A DNA stretch of 64,000 nucleotides from a virus. The notes under the pieces are model-generated. The model saw only the letters and a list, made by a program, of their open reading frames with translations. It did no database searches and was not told the DNA's origin. A program made the position numbers and the translations under genes. The stretch covers positions 64,001 to 128,000 of IMG/VR virus record IMGVR_UViG_3300042398_001385. One strand, given 5' to 3'. Positions 38,077-48,579 of the stretch are shown piece by piece. Within the stretch, counting starts at the first letter, position 1; every line of letters begins with the position of its first letter.

Positions 38077-38649
38077 TTATATAAATATATCATCGAAATA
38101 GTCAACTGCCCATTGCATAGTCAATTTGTAAATTGATGTTTGTGTATAGTTTAGACCCATTTCAGTGATAGGAGACATAGGGAAACAATCTCTAAGATTA
38201 ATTTTTCTGAAAATATCACCTTGCTTGTTAAAAACATTTATTAATATATTTCCTGTGTAATCCTTTTTAAGACCCATTGCACCCGTTAAAGGATTATAAA
38301 TAAGATCAGACCATTGACGAAGAACTTTAAATACGTACATAGAATTGCTGTCATTAAGGTTAACCTCAAATTCTATATCAACATCTAAACCAGTTCTTTG
38401 AGGAGCTGCACCAGCGTAATATCTTTTAGCAAATTTATATTGCTGTGTGATTTCCGATGGTGTCTGATCTACCTGTAATCCAGAAACTCTAGTTACTTGC
38501 TCAAGCAATATATTAGAACTCTGAGGGTTTCCCTGTGGAGTAGATATACCTGTTGGCGGAGTAATCTGTACTTCGAATTGGTTAAGAAAAACCGGTTCGT
38601 ATTTATTAACTGACGCCTTGGAGCTTGTATAATGTGGTAATCCTGCCAT
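38077..38649 (-). CDS. gp19: Tail tube protein, copy A
   Basis: Directly downstream of the sheath; LRQWSDLIYNPLTG, DCFPM, WAVDYF. Confidence 0.85.
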   Translation of the reverse strand: MAGLPHYTSSKASVNKYEPVFLNQFEVQITPPTGISTPQGNPQSSNILLEQVTRVSGLQVDQTPSEITQQYKFAKRYYAGAAPQRTGLDVDIEFEVNLNDSNSMYVFKVLRQWSDLIYNPLTGAMGLKKDYTGNILINVFNKQGDIFRKINLRDCFPMSPITEMGLNYTQTSIYKLTMQWAVDYFDDIFI

Positions 38650-38693
38650 ATTTTTATTTTATATATTTATCTTAGATAATTCTATACAAATTA

Positions 38694-41600
38694 TTAACTA
38701 AATTGGATGAATCCTCCAGAAGCTATACCTCCTGTTCTAGTAACCGTCATTCTATTAATGAATTTATGAATACCTCTTGCTGGTTCGATTATAACATCGA
38801 TGATTCCGATGTTCTGATCTATAATAGCAGGTGTATTATTAGAAGAATCCATAATAGTTAAGAAGTTATAAATACCACCTACTGATCTTACTCCTGATAA
38901 GTAGTTATCAACTAGAGTTTTAATCTCAAGTCTTACGTTATCTTCGTTGAAATCAAATACGTAGTTTGATAGTATATCCTCTACTGCACTTTCTACAGTA
39001 ATTAATAAGTCTCTTACGTGTAGGTTATTAAATGCAGAGTTTGTTCTTTGGTAGCTTGTTTGGTTACCATATATTACTATACCAACACCTCTTTTACGAA
39101 TGATAGGGTTAATTCCGAAAGGCTCTAAGAATTCTCTATCTTGAATATCAAAATCATATTCAAGACCAACTAGATTACCAGCTGATATAATACCTCTCTT
39201 AAGACCTGCCACGATAGAATAAGGTTCTCCAGTAATGAACTTACGTATAAAGTTGTTAGAAACGTAAGGAGATGGCGGAACGTTTAGATTCTTATTGTTT
39301 TCTCTGATTGTTAAGAAAGGAGCAAAGAATCCTGAGAATTTAGCACCTAGATCTTCATCAGGTAAAGAGAAAGTAAATGAAGGATTTAAACTTAAATTAC
39401 CTCCATCTGCAATATATCTAGCTTGTAAAAGTGGAGCTGGATCTGTTGCAGTAGGTGCAGAAGTAAATCTAGGATCAATAGATTCAGAGAACTTCTTCAT
39501 TGAAGGTAAGTTACAAATTGCTAAACATTTTTGTCTGTTTTTAGCAAGTTTAGTAAGTTGGTATTTACAGTTTGGCTGTATACCTCCGTCAAATGTATCT
39601 ACGATGTATCTGAATGTTATTACGTCAGTATCAGCTAATGTTCTAGCAAGATTTGTATTGTATAAAACATCTAGAATCTCATTCATTCTTGTATCTGTTC
39701 CGTTAGGCATAGAAGCAGCTTTAATATCAGAACCAGGAAGATAAGTAAAGTTGAACGTTTTAACAAATTCTTGGATATTCTTAAACTTCCAAACTCTTGT
39801 TGTAGTACCAGGATAAAGTTTAATAGGTCTTTCAGTTTTAACCTGTACTGTGTAAAGTCCAGGAGAAGACGCAGAAGCTACTGTTTTAACCTCCAATACT
39901 CTTGTTAATCTTGATTGTAGATTTTCAGTCAAAGGATTATCATATATCTGAACATCCGTTGATACTAATAGATCTCCAACTTTTATTTTAGAAGCTGTTG
40001 CTTCAGCAGTACTTAATTCTATAATATTAGGTTGTAACTGTGTTATGATGTCTACGAAATCACTAATATTACCAGCAGTTGAAACTATGTTAAAGCTTTC
40101 TCCTGATGCTTGGTTAGCTCCTATAGGTAAAGAACTAATATAAGTAGAATCCCAAGTAGCAATAGATTCAGGGGTTGATAATGTATCATCAGCATAAGCT
40201 CGGCAAACTAGGATATTGTATCCGTCTCTATCTACATTTACTTCGAATTTTAAATATTGTAATAAAGTACCTGTATCATCTTTCCAGTCAATGTCGCCAT
40301 CGCCTATATTCCCTTTAACCCAGTCTCTATACATAGCAGAGTTCTCGTAAGCTAAATAGCTATCCAATCCTACTGGAATATCTGGTGAGAAGTATACGTC
40401 ATCATTATCAAAGTAATCAGGATTACCTATTTGGTAAGCTGAAACTGAGCTCTTATTTGTTATATCATAAGGTTCAACATATGTTGTAGATGCAGTAGAA
40501 CCAATTAGTGGGTGGTTAAGCCTCAATCTCAACTGTTGCTTAAGTCCAACAGGTAAAGTGTTATTTGTTATAAATTTATTCTCTACTACTCTTAATTTAA
40601 CAAGATCACCCTCATAGAATCCTAAATATCCAGGAGTTGGAAGATTGGAAGTAACTTTACCAACTACCCATTTTACTGCTGGTGCATTGCTAGAAGTATC
40701 TAGGAAACTTTCTAGTGTTGTTATTTGATCGTCATGTAATGTTGGAGACGTAAATAATGTATCTAGATAAATTGCTCCACCATCTCTAGCAGTAGGATTA
40801 TAAGTATCCCATAATGTTGTAGGGATACCTGCATCACCAGTTGTATTGTATAAAATATCCTCTACAAGAGTACCAGTTTCAGGAAGAATATCCATACCAG
40901 GACCAGGAGAAACAGCATCCTGTAACTCAGTTCCTCCAGTAGAACCTGCTAAATTCTTATAGTAAGTATAATCAGCAAATAAATTTTGACTATAAGATAA
41001 GAAATTAAGGTTCTTAGGAATAGCTGTGATATCTGCATCAGGACCTATTTCGTCTACTATATGGTGACCAACTAAGTCAAAAACTGATGAGTTATCTAAT
41101 AGATCGTCTAAAGCTTCCTCATTAACAGCACAGAATATACCAGTTGTAGCTGTTTGATTATTAATTAGCGTCTGGATGTATCTTAATGTACCGTTTTGGT
41201 CTGTAAAGTTAGGTATAATTGTACCAGTAGTGGTTAGAACTATATTAACTCCATTAAGGGATAAGAAATTATCTATTTGAGATTTAATAAACCCTTTAGA
41301 TGTAAAATATTGACTGTAAACTGGGTCGTTAGCTAAAGCTTGATAATCCGTCCAGTTTCCACTTACAACTATAACATCTACAAACCAATCTGAAAGATAA
41401 TCATACTGATTCATGTAAGATGGAACGTTATCCGATCCAAAATATTCTCTAGCTGTAATATCAAATCCTTTTAAAGGGAATTTAGAATCTAGAGATTTTC
41501 TTACTATGATACTTACGGGGTTTTGCCCAAGATTAACTAAGCTAAATAATTTTCTAGAATCTGGTTGAGATCCAGAATTATCCTCAGTTGCTAAGAAATA

Positions 41601-42092
41601 TGTCGTATCTGGGAACCAAAATTTCTCCTTATTGTAGTATGAAGATAATAATTTATCCTGTTTTGTTAGTGGATCTGAGTACCCTCCTGTCGCATTAGCT
41701 CCGTTTTGCTCCTCAGTGTCCATAGAGAAAGCTCTATATCTAGCTACATCAGCTCCTGCAGAATATTCAGGATCTCCATTTTCATCAACAGAATTATTTA
41801 ATAATCTTAGATTTAGTGCAAAGATAGGTCCGCTCTGAAGACATACTAAAGAAGATCTGTGGAAAAATGATCCTTTTTTCTCTAAAGCCTTATCTATACC
41901 GCCAAATACAGATTGGAATGTCGTGATATCTGGACAATAAACCGGGGTATTGAAGTTACCAATATTAGAATAACCAACTACCAATCTAATCGTAGAAGGA
42001 TTTATAATAATGTTTTCACTAGCATCAAATTCTAAAGTATAAACCCCAGATGCTTTAAATTGGGATAAATCAAGTTTGACTTGTCTTGCCAT
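38694..42092 (-). CDS. gp18: Tail sheath protein (enlarged)
   Basis: SGVYTLEFD N-terminus; AGLKRG, GINPI, GNQT, LHVRDLL, VFDFN, DSSNNT, EPARG. Confidence 0.93.
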   Translation of the reverse strand: MARQVKLDLSQFKASGVYTLEFDASENIIINPSTIRLVVGYSNIGNFNTPVYCPDITTFQSVFGGIDKALEKKGSFFHRSSLVCLQSGPIFALNLRLLNNSVDENGDPEYSAGADVARYRAFSMDTEEQNGANATGGYSDPLTKQDKLLSSYYNKEKFWFPDTTYFLATEDNSGSQPDSRKLFSLVNLGQNPVSIIVRKSLDSKFPLKGFDITAREYFGSDNVPSYMNQYDYLSDWFVDVIVVSGNWTDYQALANDPVYSQYFTSKGFIKSQIDNFLSLNGVNIVLTTTGTIIPNFTDQNGTLRYIQTLINNQTATTGIFCAVNEEALDDLLDNSSVFDLVGHHIVDEIGPDADITAIPKNLNFLSYSQNLFADYTYYKNLAGSTGGTELQDAVSPGPGMDILPETGTLVEDILYNTTGDAGIPTTLWDTYNPTARDGGAIYLDTLFTSPTLHDDQITTLESFLDTSSNAPAVKWVVGKVTSNLPTPGYLGFYEGDLVKLRVVENKFITNNTLPVGLKQQLRLRLNHPLIGSTASTTYVEPYDITNKSSVSAYQIGNPDYFDNDDVYFSPDIPVGLDSYLAYENSAMYRDWVKGNIGDGDIDWKDDTGTLLQYLKFEVNVDRDGYNILVCRAYADDTLSTPESIATWDSTYISSLPIGANQASGESFNIVSTAGNISDFVDIITQLQPNIIELSTAEATASKIKVGDLLVSTDVQIYDNPLTENLQSRLTRVLEVKTVASASSPGLYTVQVKTERPIKLYPGTTTRVWKFKNIQEFVKTFNFTYLPGSDIKAASMPNGTDTRMNEILDVLYNTNLARTLADTDVITFRYIVDTFDGGIQPNCKYQLTKLAKNRQKCLAICNLPSMKKFSESIDPRFTSAPTATDPAPLLQARYIADGGNLSLNPSFTFSLPDEDLGAKFSGFFAPFLTIRENNKNLNVPPSPYVSNNFIRKFITGEPYSIVAGLKRGIISAGNLVGLEYDFDIQDREFLEPFGINPIIRKRGVGIVIYGNQTSYQRTNSAFNNLHVRDLLITVESAVEDILSNYVFDFNEDNVRLEIKTLVDNYLSGVRSVGGIYNFLTIMDSSNNTPAIIDQNIGIIDVIIEPARGIHKFINRMTVTRTGGIASGGFIQFS

Positions 42093-42161
42093 TTTTAAAT
42101 TTTATTTTATATTCTAAGAAGTTCTGTATACTTCTTTTTCTATGTATATATCATTCTTCCT

Positions 42162-43967
42162 TCAAGAATCAAGGAGACCGTTTAAGAAAGTATAATTTGA
42201 AATGTCGCTATTTTTGTTTTGAGCGGATTCATTAGCTTCTGATAGCCTTTCTTCTATCATTTTTTTGAATTTTTCTGGGATAATATCGTAAATATCCATC
42301 ACAGTCTCTTGAAAATCGCCATTATCGAATACACAATTTATGTTTACGAGGGTCATAGCTTCGTCATCTTTACCTATTTGACTGGAGAAACTACCATTAG
42401 GATTTATACCAAAATTTGCCAATTCGTGTATACCGTTTTTATTAGAAGGGATTATTTTATATGATCTTGTGTTTATTTTTAGATCGTAGCAAAATTTTTC
42501 TTTGTTTTTTACTGTGAGTTTAACTCCAGGCTTTAATTTGGTGCTTGCTTCAGAGTGTTTAGTATAAACAAACATTTCATCAAAGAAATCTTCTGAATCT
42601 AGTAGCTTGTCCATTAACATTTCACCCTTATGATCTAATTCTAATACTACTCTTGTATTATCTACTCCTAGTATATCTAATATTAAAATCTCGAGAAAAA
42701 CTTTAAACTCTTCTATCTCTATAATATTAGATCTAAATATTCCAACCTGAAGCAAGCAGAAAAAATCACTTTCGTCCTCAAAAAATCTCTTACTTTTTAT
42801 CACACTGCTAGGCATGGGTGCTACTTTGAAAATATTAGCTACAGAATAGTCTCCGCCACCACCACTAGCTGTATCTATAGAAATATAAAATTTTTGACCA
42901 TCCTTTTCAAATATTGAAGCTGGATCGAATTTTGGGTGCCATAAAAGATTAGAATAATCTATGGTACTTCTTTCAAATGATGATAGTTCGTGGTATCTAA
43001 ATTGCTCCTCTGATGTTTTTAATCTTTTTAACGTATTAGAATCCAATAGCAATCTAGATGAAGAAAGGAATTGACACCCATACTCCTGGTTAAAATCCTC
43101 TTCAGACCCTAAAGCAGCTATTTCTTTTCTTTTCCATTCTTCGTCTCTTCCAGGGACCTGCCACCATTCAACCCTTATTGGATTAAATTCATTTTCACCT
43201 TCAACCGCTCCTTTATAAATTTCAAAAAATTTATTCATACCGTTAGGAGTAGAAGTTATAATAACCCTTGCAATTTGTGATGATGATATGGTAGGATAAA
43301 CCGATTTAAAGAATTGGTTTATGAAGTTAGGGTTAATGTGAGCAAACTCATCCATGTATAACATATGGATTGTATAACCGATAGAAGATGTTTTAGTTGT
43401 TGTTTTAGCCATTATACGACATCCATTATCAAACTTCATAGTCATTACGTTATAAACAACTAAACCTGGCTTTAGGAAGAAAGGTAATCCTTTCATAATT
43501 ACCTTGATCTTATCCATTAACTCTGCTGCGGTATCTCCAATATTCGCCATAATCATGGCATTTTTTTCAAAATTAAATAGAAGATACCATAATAAAAATA
43601 TAGATGATGTAATGGTTTTACCAGATTGTCTAGGAGATACGAAGACGTTTTTTCTGTGGTGTTGGTATTGATTTAATATTTGTATCTGATAATCTCTCAG
43701 TAATATCTGTCTAATGCCCTCGTCGGTCATTACGTGACAATATTTATTAGCAAAATAAACTACATCCTCCGCACATTTTTTAATCTCCTCTAACTCGAAT
43801 TCAGTATATTCAAAAAGAATATTTCCTTTTCTTAACTCTGGATCGTTCTCATGGAAGGGATTATCCACATCCTTGTAGTCTACTCCATTTTCCTCTGCAT
43901 CGTATACTAGTTTATCAACTTTTGCAGTAGACCAAAAATTACTGGATTTTTCTTCCTTCATAAGCAT
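42162..43967 (-). CDS. gp17: Terminase large subunit
   Basis: LRDYQ, PRQSGKT, YMDEFAH, ITSTPNG, FNQEY, IDTASGGGGDYS, KDDEAM. Confidence 0.95.
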   Translation of the reverse strand: MLMKEEKSSNFWSTAKVDKLVYDAEENGVDYKDVDNPFHENDPELRKGNILFEYTEFELEEIKKCAEDVVYFANKYCHVMTDEGIRQILLRDYQIQILNQYQHHRKNVFVSPRQSGKTITSSIFLLWYLLFNFEKNAMIMANIGDTAAELMDKIKVIMKGLPFFLKPGLVVYNVMTMKFDNGCRIMAKTTTKTSSIGYTIHMLYMDEFAHINPNFINQFFKSVYPTISSSQIARVIITSTPNGMNKFFEIYKGAVEGENEFNPIRVEWWQVPGRDEEWKRKEIAALGSEEDFNQEYGCQFLSSSRLLLDSNTLKRLKTSEEQFRYHELSSFERSTIDYSNLLWHPKFDPASIFEKDGQKFYISIDTASGGGGDYSVANIFKVAPMPSSVIKSKRFFEDESDFFCLLQVGIFRSNIIEIEEFKVFLEILILDILGVDNTRVVLELDHKGEMLMDKLLDSEDFFDEMFVYTKHSEASTKLKPGVKLTVKNKEKFCYDLKINTRSYKIIPSNKNGIHELANFGINPNGSFSSQIGKDDEAMTLVNINCVFDNGDFQETVMDIYDIIPEKFKKMIEERLSEANESAQNKNSDISNYTFLNGLLDS

Positions 43968-43970
43968 ATA

Positions 43971-44741
43971 TTAAAATATATCGTCGTCTAGTTCAAAATC
44001 TATTTCGTCGTCACCTCCTAAAAGATCTGTTGTTCCTCCGAATTTTGTCCTAGGATTTATAAGGCTATCGTCAGGTGGATCATTGTTTACTATTTCTGCA
44101 TCTTTTACTATACTACCGTTTTTCATAACATTCTGAAGATTTTCCATAAGACTTCTAGTTCCTCTTGCTTTCAATAAATCTTCATTTTCTTTAGATTGTA
44201 TAATATTTCCGTTTTCGTCAAATTGTATATCTCCGCCTTTATTAACCTCCTCTGATTCTATTTTTAATTGTTTATAGTTTTTCTCCATTTGTGTCATATA
44301 TGAAGAAAAGTTTTTAGGCATCTGCATTATTTGATTTTGTAGCTGTGCTAAAACCTCGAATAATCTTGGCTCTACTCTTCCTGAATCAATTTCTTCTATA
44401 AGCTTAGCTATAGCATGCTGTGCAGTTCTTATTTGAAATGCCATAGTAGATATACTCATGGCATCTATTTTTTGTTTGTGCTTTATGTATGAATCTTCAG
44501 AAAGATTATCCATATCATTATAAAATTTTGAAAGAGAATCTAATATAGCTCTTGCTTCTATTTCAACCTCAGTTTTTACCCCATCTATATTAAGCTCTCT
44601 GTGTTGCTTAATTGGTGGTATATCTGGTGTACTTAATCCGGATAGCATTTCATCTGCTAAAATTATACTATCAAGCCTATCTTTAAGATTAAGCTCTTGT
44701 TCTTTAGAAAGATTCTGCGTTTTTGGTTTTCTTCTTGGCAT
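43971..44741 (-). CDS. gp16: Terminase small subunit-like protein
   Basis: Immediately upstream of gp17; EPRLFEVLAQL resembles the gp16 HPRAYEV motif. Confidence 0.6.
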   Translation of the reverse strand: MPRRKPKTQNLSKEQELNLKDRLDSIILADEMLSGLSTPDIPPIKQHRELNIDGVKTEVEIEARAILDSLSKFYNDMDNLSEDSYIKHKQKIDAMSISTMAFQIRTAQHAIAKLIEEIDSGRVEPRLFEVLAQLQNQIMQMPKNFSSYMTQMEKNYKQLKIESEEVNKGGDIQFDENGNIIQSKENEDLLKARGTRSLMENLQNVMKNGSIVKDAEIVNNDPPDDSLINPRTKFGGTTDLLGGDDEIDFELDDDIF

Positions 44742-44744
44742 AAA

Positions 44745-46934
44745 TTATCTGTTTCTGGCAACTTTTGGAAGTTTCAAGATAGGCTTAGCATTATCTATTA
44801 TTATAGCTAATTGAGCATCTCCGACTATATTCTGATTTAATAAAGTCGATTGTTTTTCCTCTTCTACCATTTGTTTAAAAAATCTATAATTAGTTACCCA
44901 TAATGGGCAAGATCTTGTTTTATATGAATAATTATTTGTTCCATAAAAAGGACTATCGTAACTTTCCTCTATAACAGGAGGAATGTCGAAAGTGTATACT
45001 TGACTTGTTACCCCATCTAAAGAATGTACTAAGCTAAGATCCGATGTTTGTGTGGAGGGATTATCTGGATCATATGTCAATCTCCATACATTTATAGAAT
45101 ATTGTCTGAATATATTAGAGAAATTAAAAACAAATCCATACCAATCATCAGTAGTAGGTATAAATTCTCCTATTGTACTTGGTATACCTGCTCCAAAAGG
45201 TGAGATTATCTCTAGGTTGTTTATTTTAATTCTAAAACTTCCAGTTTGTAAATAATTGTTATCCGATGGGCTATTAACTGAATTTGATCCACTCCATATA
45301 AAATCTATCAATATTCCCTGGCCGTTATAATATCCATCGAATAAAATCCTGGATTGAGCCTTTTGCATTTTCCAACCAGCTGTATTAGCTGGTGAAGGAG
45401 CTCCGTTATCTTTTATTTTAAATCTAAACTGGTCTAAGATCTCTATTAATTCAAATCCTCCAGATCTAGTCCCGTCTGCTAATATTGAAACAAACCCATT
45501 AGGATTCCCGCCCATTACTAATTTATGTGGAATAGGATAAGTGCTGTAAGTTATTTCATCAGTCCCTATATTATCTATAGTAATAGAAAGCTTAGAAGCG
45601 GGCTTAGGAACTAACTTAGACCTGTCTAAATAGTTTCTATTCCTAAACCAGCAAAGAAAAGATCTTTCTTCGTTTTCTGTTAATATAGGATCAGCTTTCC
45701 ATCTAACTGCGTCTCTTTCTATTTGTAAAATTTCAGGAGATGATGGATCTACTTGATTTTGTGAATCAACAAATATTTTATCTAGATCATAATAATTATT
45801 AAATACTATGGTCCAATTATTATTAAGATCATATTCTATTATAGGAAGATCCTTATTTATATATGATCTTATAGGATCCTCGAATCTTCTTTGGGATGTA
45901 ATAGCATATTGCTGTGGCTTTGTTAATTCTATCTCCTCATTTTTTATTTCCTCACCAAATAGGTCTTTAGTATTAACCGTGTAATCTAAAAGTTCCGTTT
46001 CTGCCTCTGTATTTAAAAATGTAGTATTTTTCTTAACCTCGTATTTAGCTAATTGTATTTTAAAATATACTGGATAATTATTAATGTCTCTAAAAACGTA
46101 CATAGAATCTATTTGGTAGATCCTATTGGTTATAGGAAAGTATATTATATCTCTTTTTCTTGGTTGTGACCCTTTACCAAATATTCCTTCGAAATACTTT
46201 CTATCTATATGAATTTCAAAAGGCTGGGCAAAGTTTAACCCCCATGAATCAAATGTTAATGCTGCATCTGGGAATTGGTTGTTTGGAACCATAACCTTAA
46301 TACATTTTTCATCTACAACATTAAATAAATTATATTCCTTTAGTACTACATCCTTTCCCCTTCCTTGTGGTTGTACTGAATAATAAACAACCTCATGGCC
46401 AAATACATTATTAACGATCTTACTTAGATCCTGGTACATATTTATTGACCTGTTTATATCATAAGGTCTAAAAGTAAAATCACAGTCAGAAAAAACTATA
46501 GGATAATTTGTTAGCTCCTTACTACATAAGGGTGCTGGAGGATTACTCATCAAGCTCCTAGGATCTACAGTTTTATATGTTAGATTAAGCTCAAAGTCTA
46601 ATAATACTATAGGAGGGCTCAAAGGAGTTCCTGGCGGATAATATGGACTAGAATTTTCATCAGATGAAGCAGTCATCCTTATCTCTATCCATAGTGGATT
46701 ATCAGGGGATATTAATATGCTTTGTATTGAAGATTCTGTAAGCTCTGTCCACAAAGACCAATTGGAACCGTTTATACTCCATCTATACTCTAGATATAGA
46801 TATATGTGTGGAGGATCTTCTCCGCTAGTATCTATGGTCCATCCAGTAAATGATTCTACATTTTTGAATGGTTCTGACCAGGATATGATCCTATAGTTTC
46901 CTATACCTGAAAATTCTATTAAGCTTTCTGCCAT
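44745..46934 (-). CDS. gp14: Neck/head-closure protein (gp14-like) with extra domains
   Basis: FG-EVVYY, FEIHI-RKYF, QPRKRDIIYFPI-NRIYQI. Confidence 0.7.
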   Translation of the reverse strand: MAESLIEFSGIGNYRIISWSEPFKNVESFTGWTIDTSGEDPPHIYLYLEYRWSINGSNWSLWTELTESSIQSILISPDNPLWIEIRMTASSDENSSPYYPPGTPLSPPIVLLDFELNLTYKTVDPRSLMSNPPAPLCSKELTNYPIVFSDCDFTFRPYDINRSINMYQDLSKIVNNVFGHEVVYYSVQPQGRGKDVVLKEYNLFNVVDEKCIKVMVPNNQFPDAALTFDSWGLNFAQPFEIHIDRKYFEGIFGKGSQPRKRDIIYFPITNRIYQIDSMYVFRDINNYPVYFKIQLAKYEVKKNTTFLNTEAETELLDYTVNTKDLFGEEIKNEEIELTKPQQYAITSQRRFEDPIRSYINKDLPIIEYDLNNNWTIVFNNYYDLDKIFVDSQNQVDPSSPEILQIERDAVRWKADPILTENEERSFLCWFRNRNYLDRSKLVPKPASKLSITIDNIGTDEITYSTYPIPHKLVMGGNPNGFVSILADGTRSGGFELIEILDQFRFKIKDNGAPSPANTAGWKMQKAQSRILFDGYYNGQGILIDFIWSGSNSVNSPSDNNYLQTGSFRIKINNLEIISPFGAGIPSTIGEFIPTTDDWYGFVFNFSNIFRQYSINVWRLTYDPDNPSTQTSDLSLVHSLDGVTSQVYTFDIPPVIEESYDSPFYGTNNYSYKTRSCPLWVTNYRFFKQMVEEEKQSTLLNQNIVGDAQLAIIIDNAKPILKLPKVARNR

Positions 46935-46973
46935 TTTTGGCTTTTGTTTCTAATATATATCAGTAAAAACTAT

Positions 46974-47294
46974 ATGAAAAAATTTAGAGCGCAAATGGAG
47001 AGGTTTAGTTTCGCACAGCTTACTTCAAATTCTGACGGTAAAACATCCGGTAGCGGTACAGCAGGACTTTACATAGTTTTCATTGGGGGAATATGCTTTT
47101 TTCTTGGCTGTATAGATAAAATGTTTTTAGATAAGAGTGTTGATATTCTTACTCAATCTATAATCCTAGTATCATTAGGAGCAGCACTTCTTGGATATAG
47201 AAAATCAAAAGATTCTGGAGTATCCGATTTAGAAGGTGAAGTTAAAGAGGAAACTTCTAGCGAAGGATCAGCTGAAGAGCCACTAAATTCTTAA
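46974..47294 (+). CDS. Small two-TM membrane protein (holin candidate)
   Basis: ATG at 46974 (track gives 46944); TSNSDGKTS followed by two transmembrane segments; divergent from gp14. Confidence 0.55.
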   Translation: MKKFRAQMERFSFAQLTSNSDGKTSGSGTAGLYIVFIGGICFFLGCIDKMFLDKSVDILTQSIILVSLGAALLGYRKSKDSGVSDLEGEVKEETSSEGSAEEPLNS

Positions 47295-48127
47295 GGATTA
47301 GAAGGAGCTTCTCCAGTTGCACCAGTTGCACCAGTGATATCTTTTTTGATATCATATATTCCTAGTCCAGATATTATTGTGCTGTTATCAGGAGGAGCTG
47401 TACCTAATTCAACATTAAGTCTTATTCCACCTTGCATTAGATTTCCTCTAAATCTTTCGGTTGTTTGATCTATATCAGGTAAATAAGTTTCTAACTCCAT
47501 AGAAAAACTTAATGTTATTGCTTCTCCTCTTTGAGATCCATATGATAATTGAAAATTATTAGGTTGTTTATCTGGCGGAGCATCTCCTAGACTAACCTGT
47601 ACAGGTATTCTGAATCCTTTGTAATAGAAATAATAAACGAATCTTTTGTAAAGTATCTCTAAAACACTTTGCTGTATTTTAAAAGCATCTAGTGTAGTAT
47701 CAGCTTTTATCTTAGCATTTATCGATATGCCTAGAGGAATTGGGTAGAAATAAGATGAATATGTAACCATTTCGCTACCTGTATCTTTTTCTACTTCCTT
47801 AGCATATGAACCACGAACGAATTTAGTTGTAGCAGATCCGGTGTCTATTCTAGTAGCACCTAGCTCTAAAATACCTCTAGGAATTACGTCATAATTACCT
47901 TCTGCAAATGCTGGTTTACCGTCGCAGTCTTCATAAGATAGATAAAAATCCTGAAGGAATGGTTCGTCACCAACCATCGAATAAAAGAAAGGTATGTATA
48001 TAGTTGTAACATTCTGATCACTATCAGTTTGTTCGTATGTTACAGCTTCATTAAGCTTACTTAAAAGTCCTATTATAATACCTCTAAAAAATACATCGTC
48101 TGTATTATATTTTTCTAAAAAATTCAT
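47291..48127 (-). CDS. gp15: Tail sheath stabiliser/terminator (gp15-like)
   Basis: IPFFY, IPRGIL, PIPL, D-FKI-Q-VL, LSF-MELETYLP. Confidence 0.7.
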   Translation of the reverse strand: MNFLEKYNTDDVFFRGIIIGLLSKLNEAVTYEQTDSDQNVTTIYIPFFYSMVGDEPFLQDFYLSYEDCDGKPAFAEGNYDVIPRGILELGATRIDTGSATTKFVRGSYAKEVEKDTGSEMVTYSSYFYPIPLGISINAKIKADTTLDAFKIQQSVLEILYKRFVYYFYYKGFRIPVQVSLGDAPPDKQPNNFQLSYGSQRGEAITLSFSMELETYLPDIDQTTERFRGNLMQGGIRLNVELGTAPPDNSTIISGLGIYDIKKDITGATGATGEAPSNP

Positions 48128-48567
48128 ATAGTATTATTTAAATCGTTATCCAGAATAGCGGACGTTTTATCTCTAATTATTGGTTTACTACCGTATTGAT
48201 AAGGATCCTTCTCTAAATCTATAACCCTTATTTTTGATTGTAAATAGATTGGAATTTCTCTCATCTTAAATCTTAAAGGCTGTTTATTTGAATTTTTGTA
48301 ATCCGGGTGGTAAAAATCACCTGTTGCATATTCTAGATCCGTAAGTTCTCTACATTCATAAACTGTTGACGTTTCAACAAATTTAAAGTATCTTTTAAGT
48401 TGGGATATTCCGTCATTCTTGTTAACAGGAACTATAAATCTGTAAACAAAATATTCTTTCTGTGGGATGTCATCTGCTAAAGAGTCTGATTTAACAACAA
48501 GAAAATAGTTAAAAGTGGGATTAAGATTCCTTATTGATTCCGTTCCCGCGGGATATAATTCTGCCAT
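48124..48567 (-). CDS. Hypothetical late protein
   Basis: 147-aa ORF with GATATATA upstream. Confidence 0.55.
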   Translation of the reverse strand: MAELYPAGTESIRNLNPTFNYFLVVKSDSLADDIPQKEYFVYRFIVPVNKNDGISQLKRYFKFVETSTVYECRELTDLEYATGDFYHPDYKNSNKQPLRFKMREIPIYLQSKIRVIDLEKDPYQYGSKPIIRDKTSAILDNDLNNTI

Positions 48568-48579
48568 GTTTTATATATC

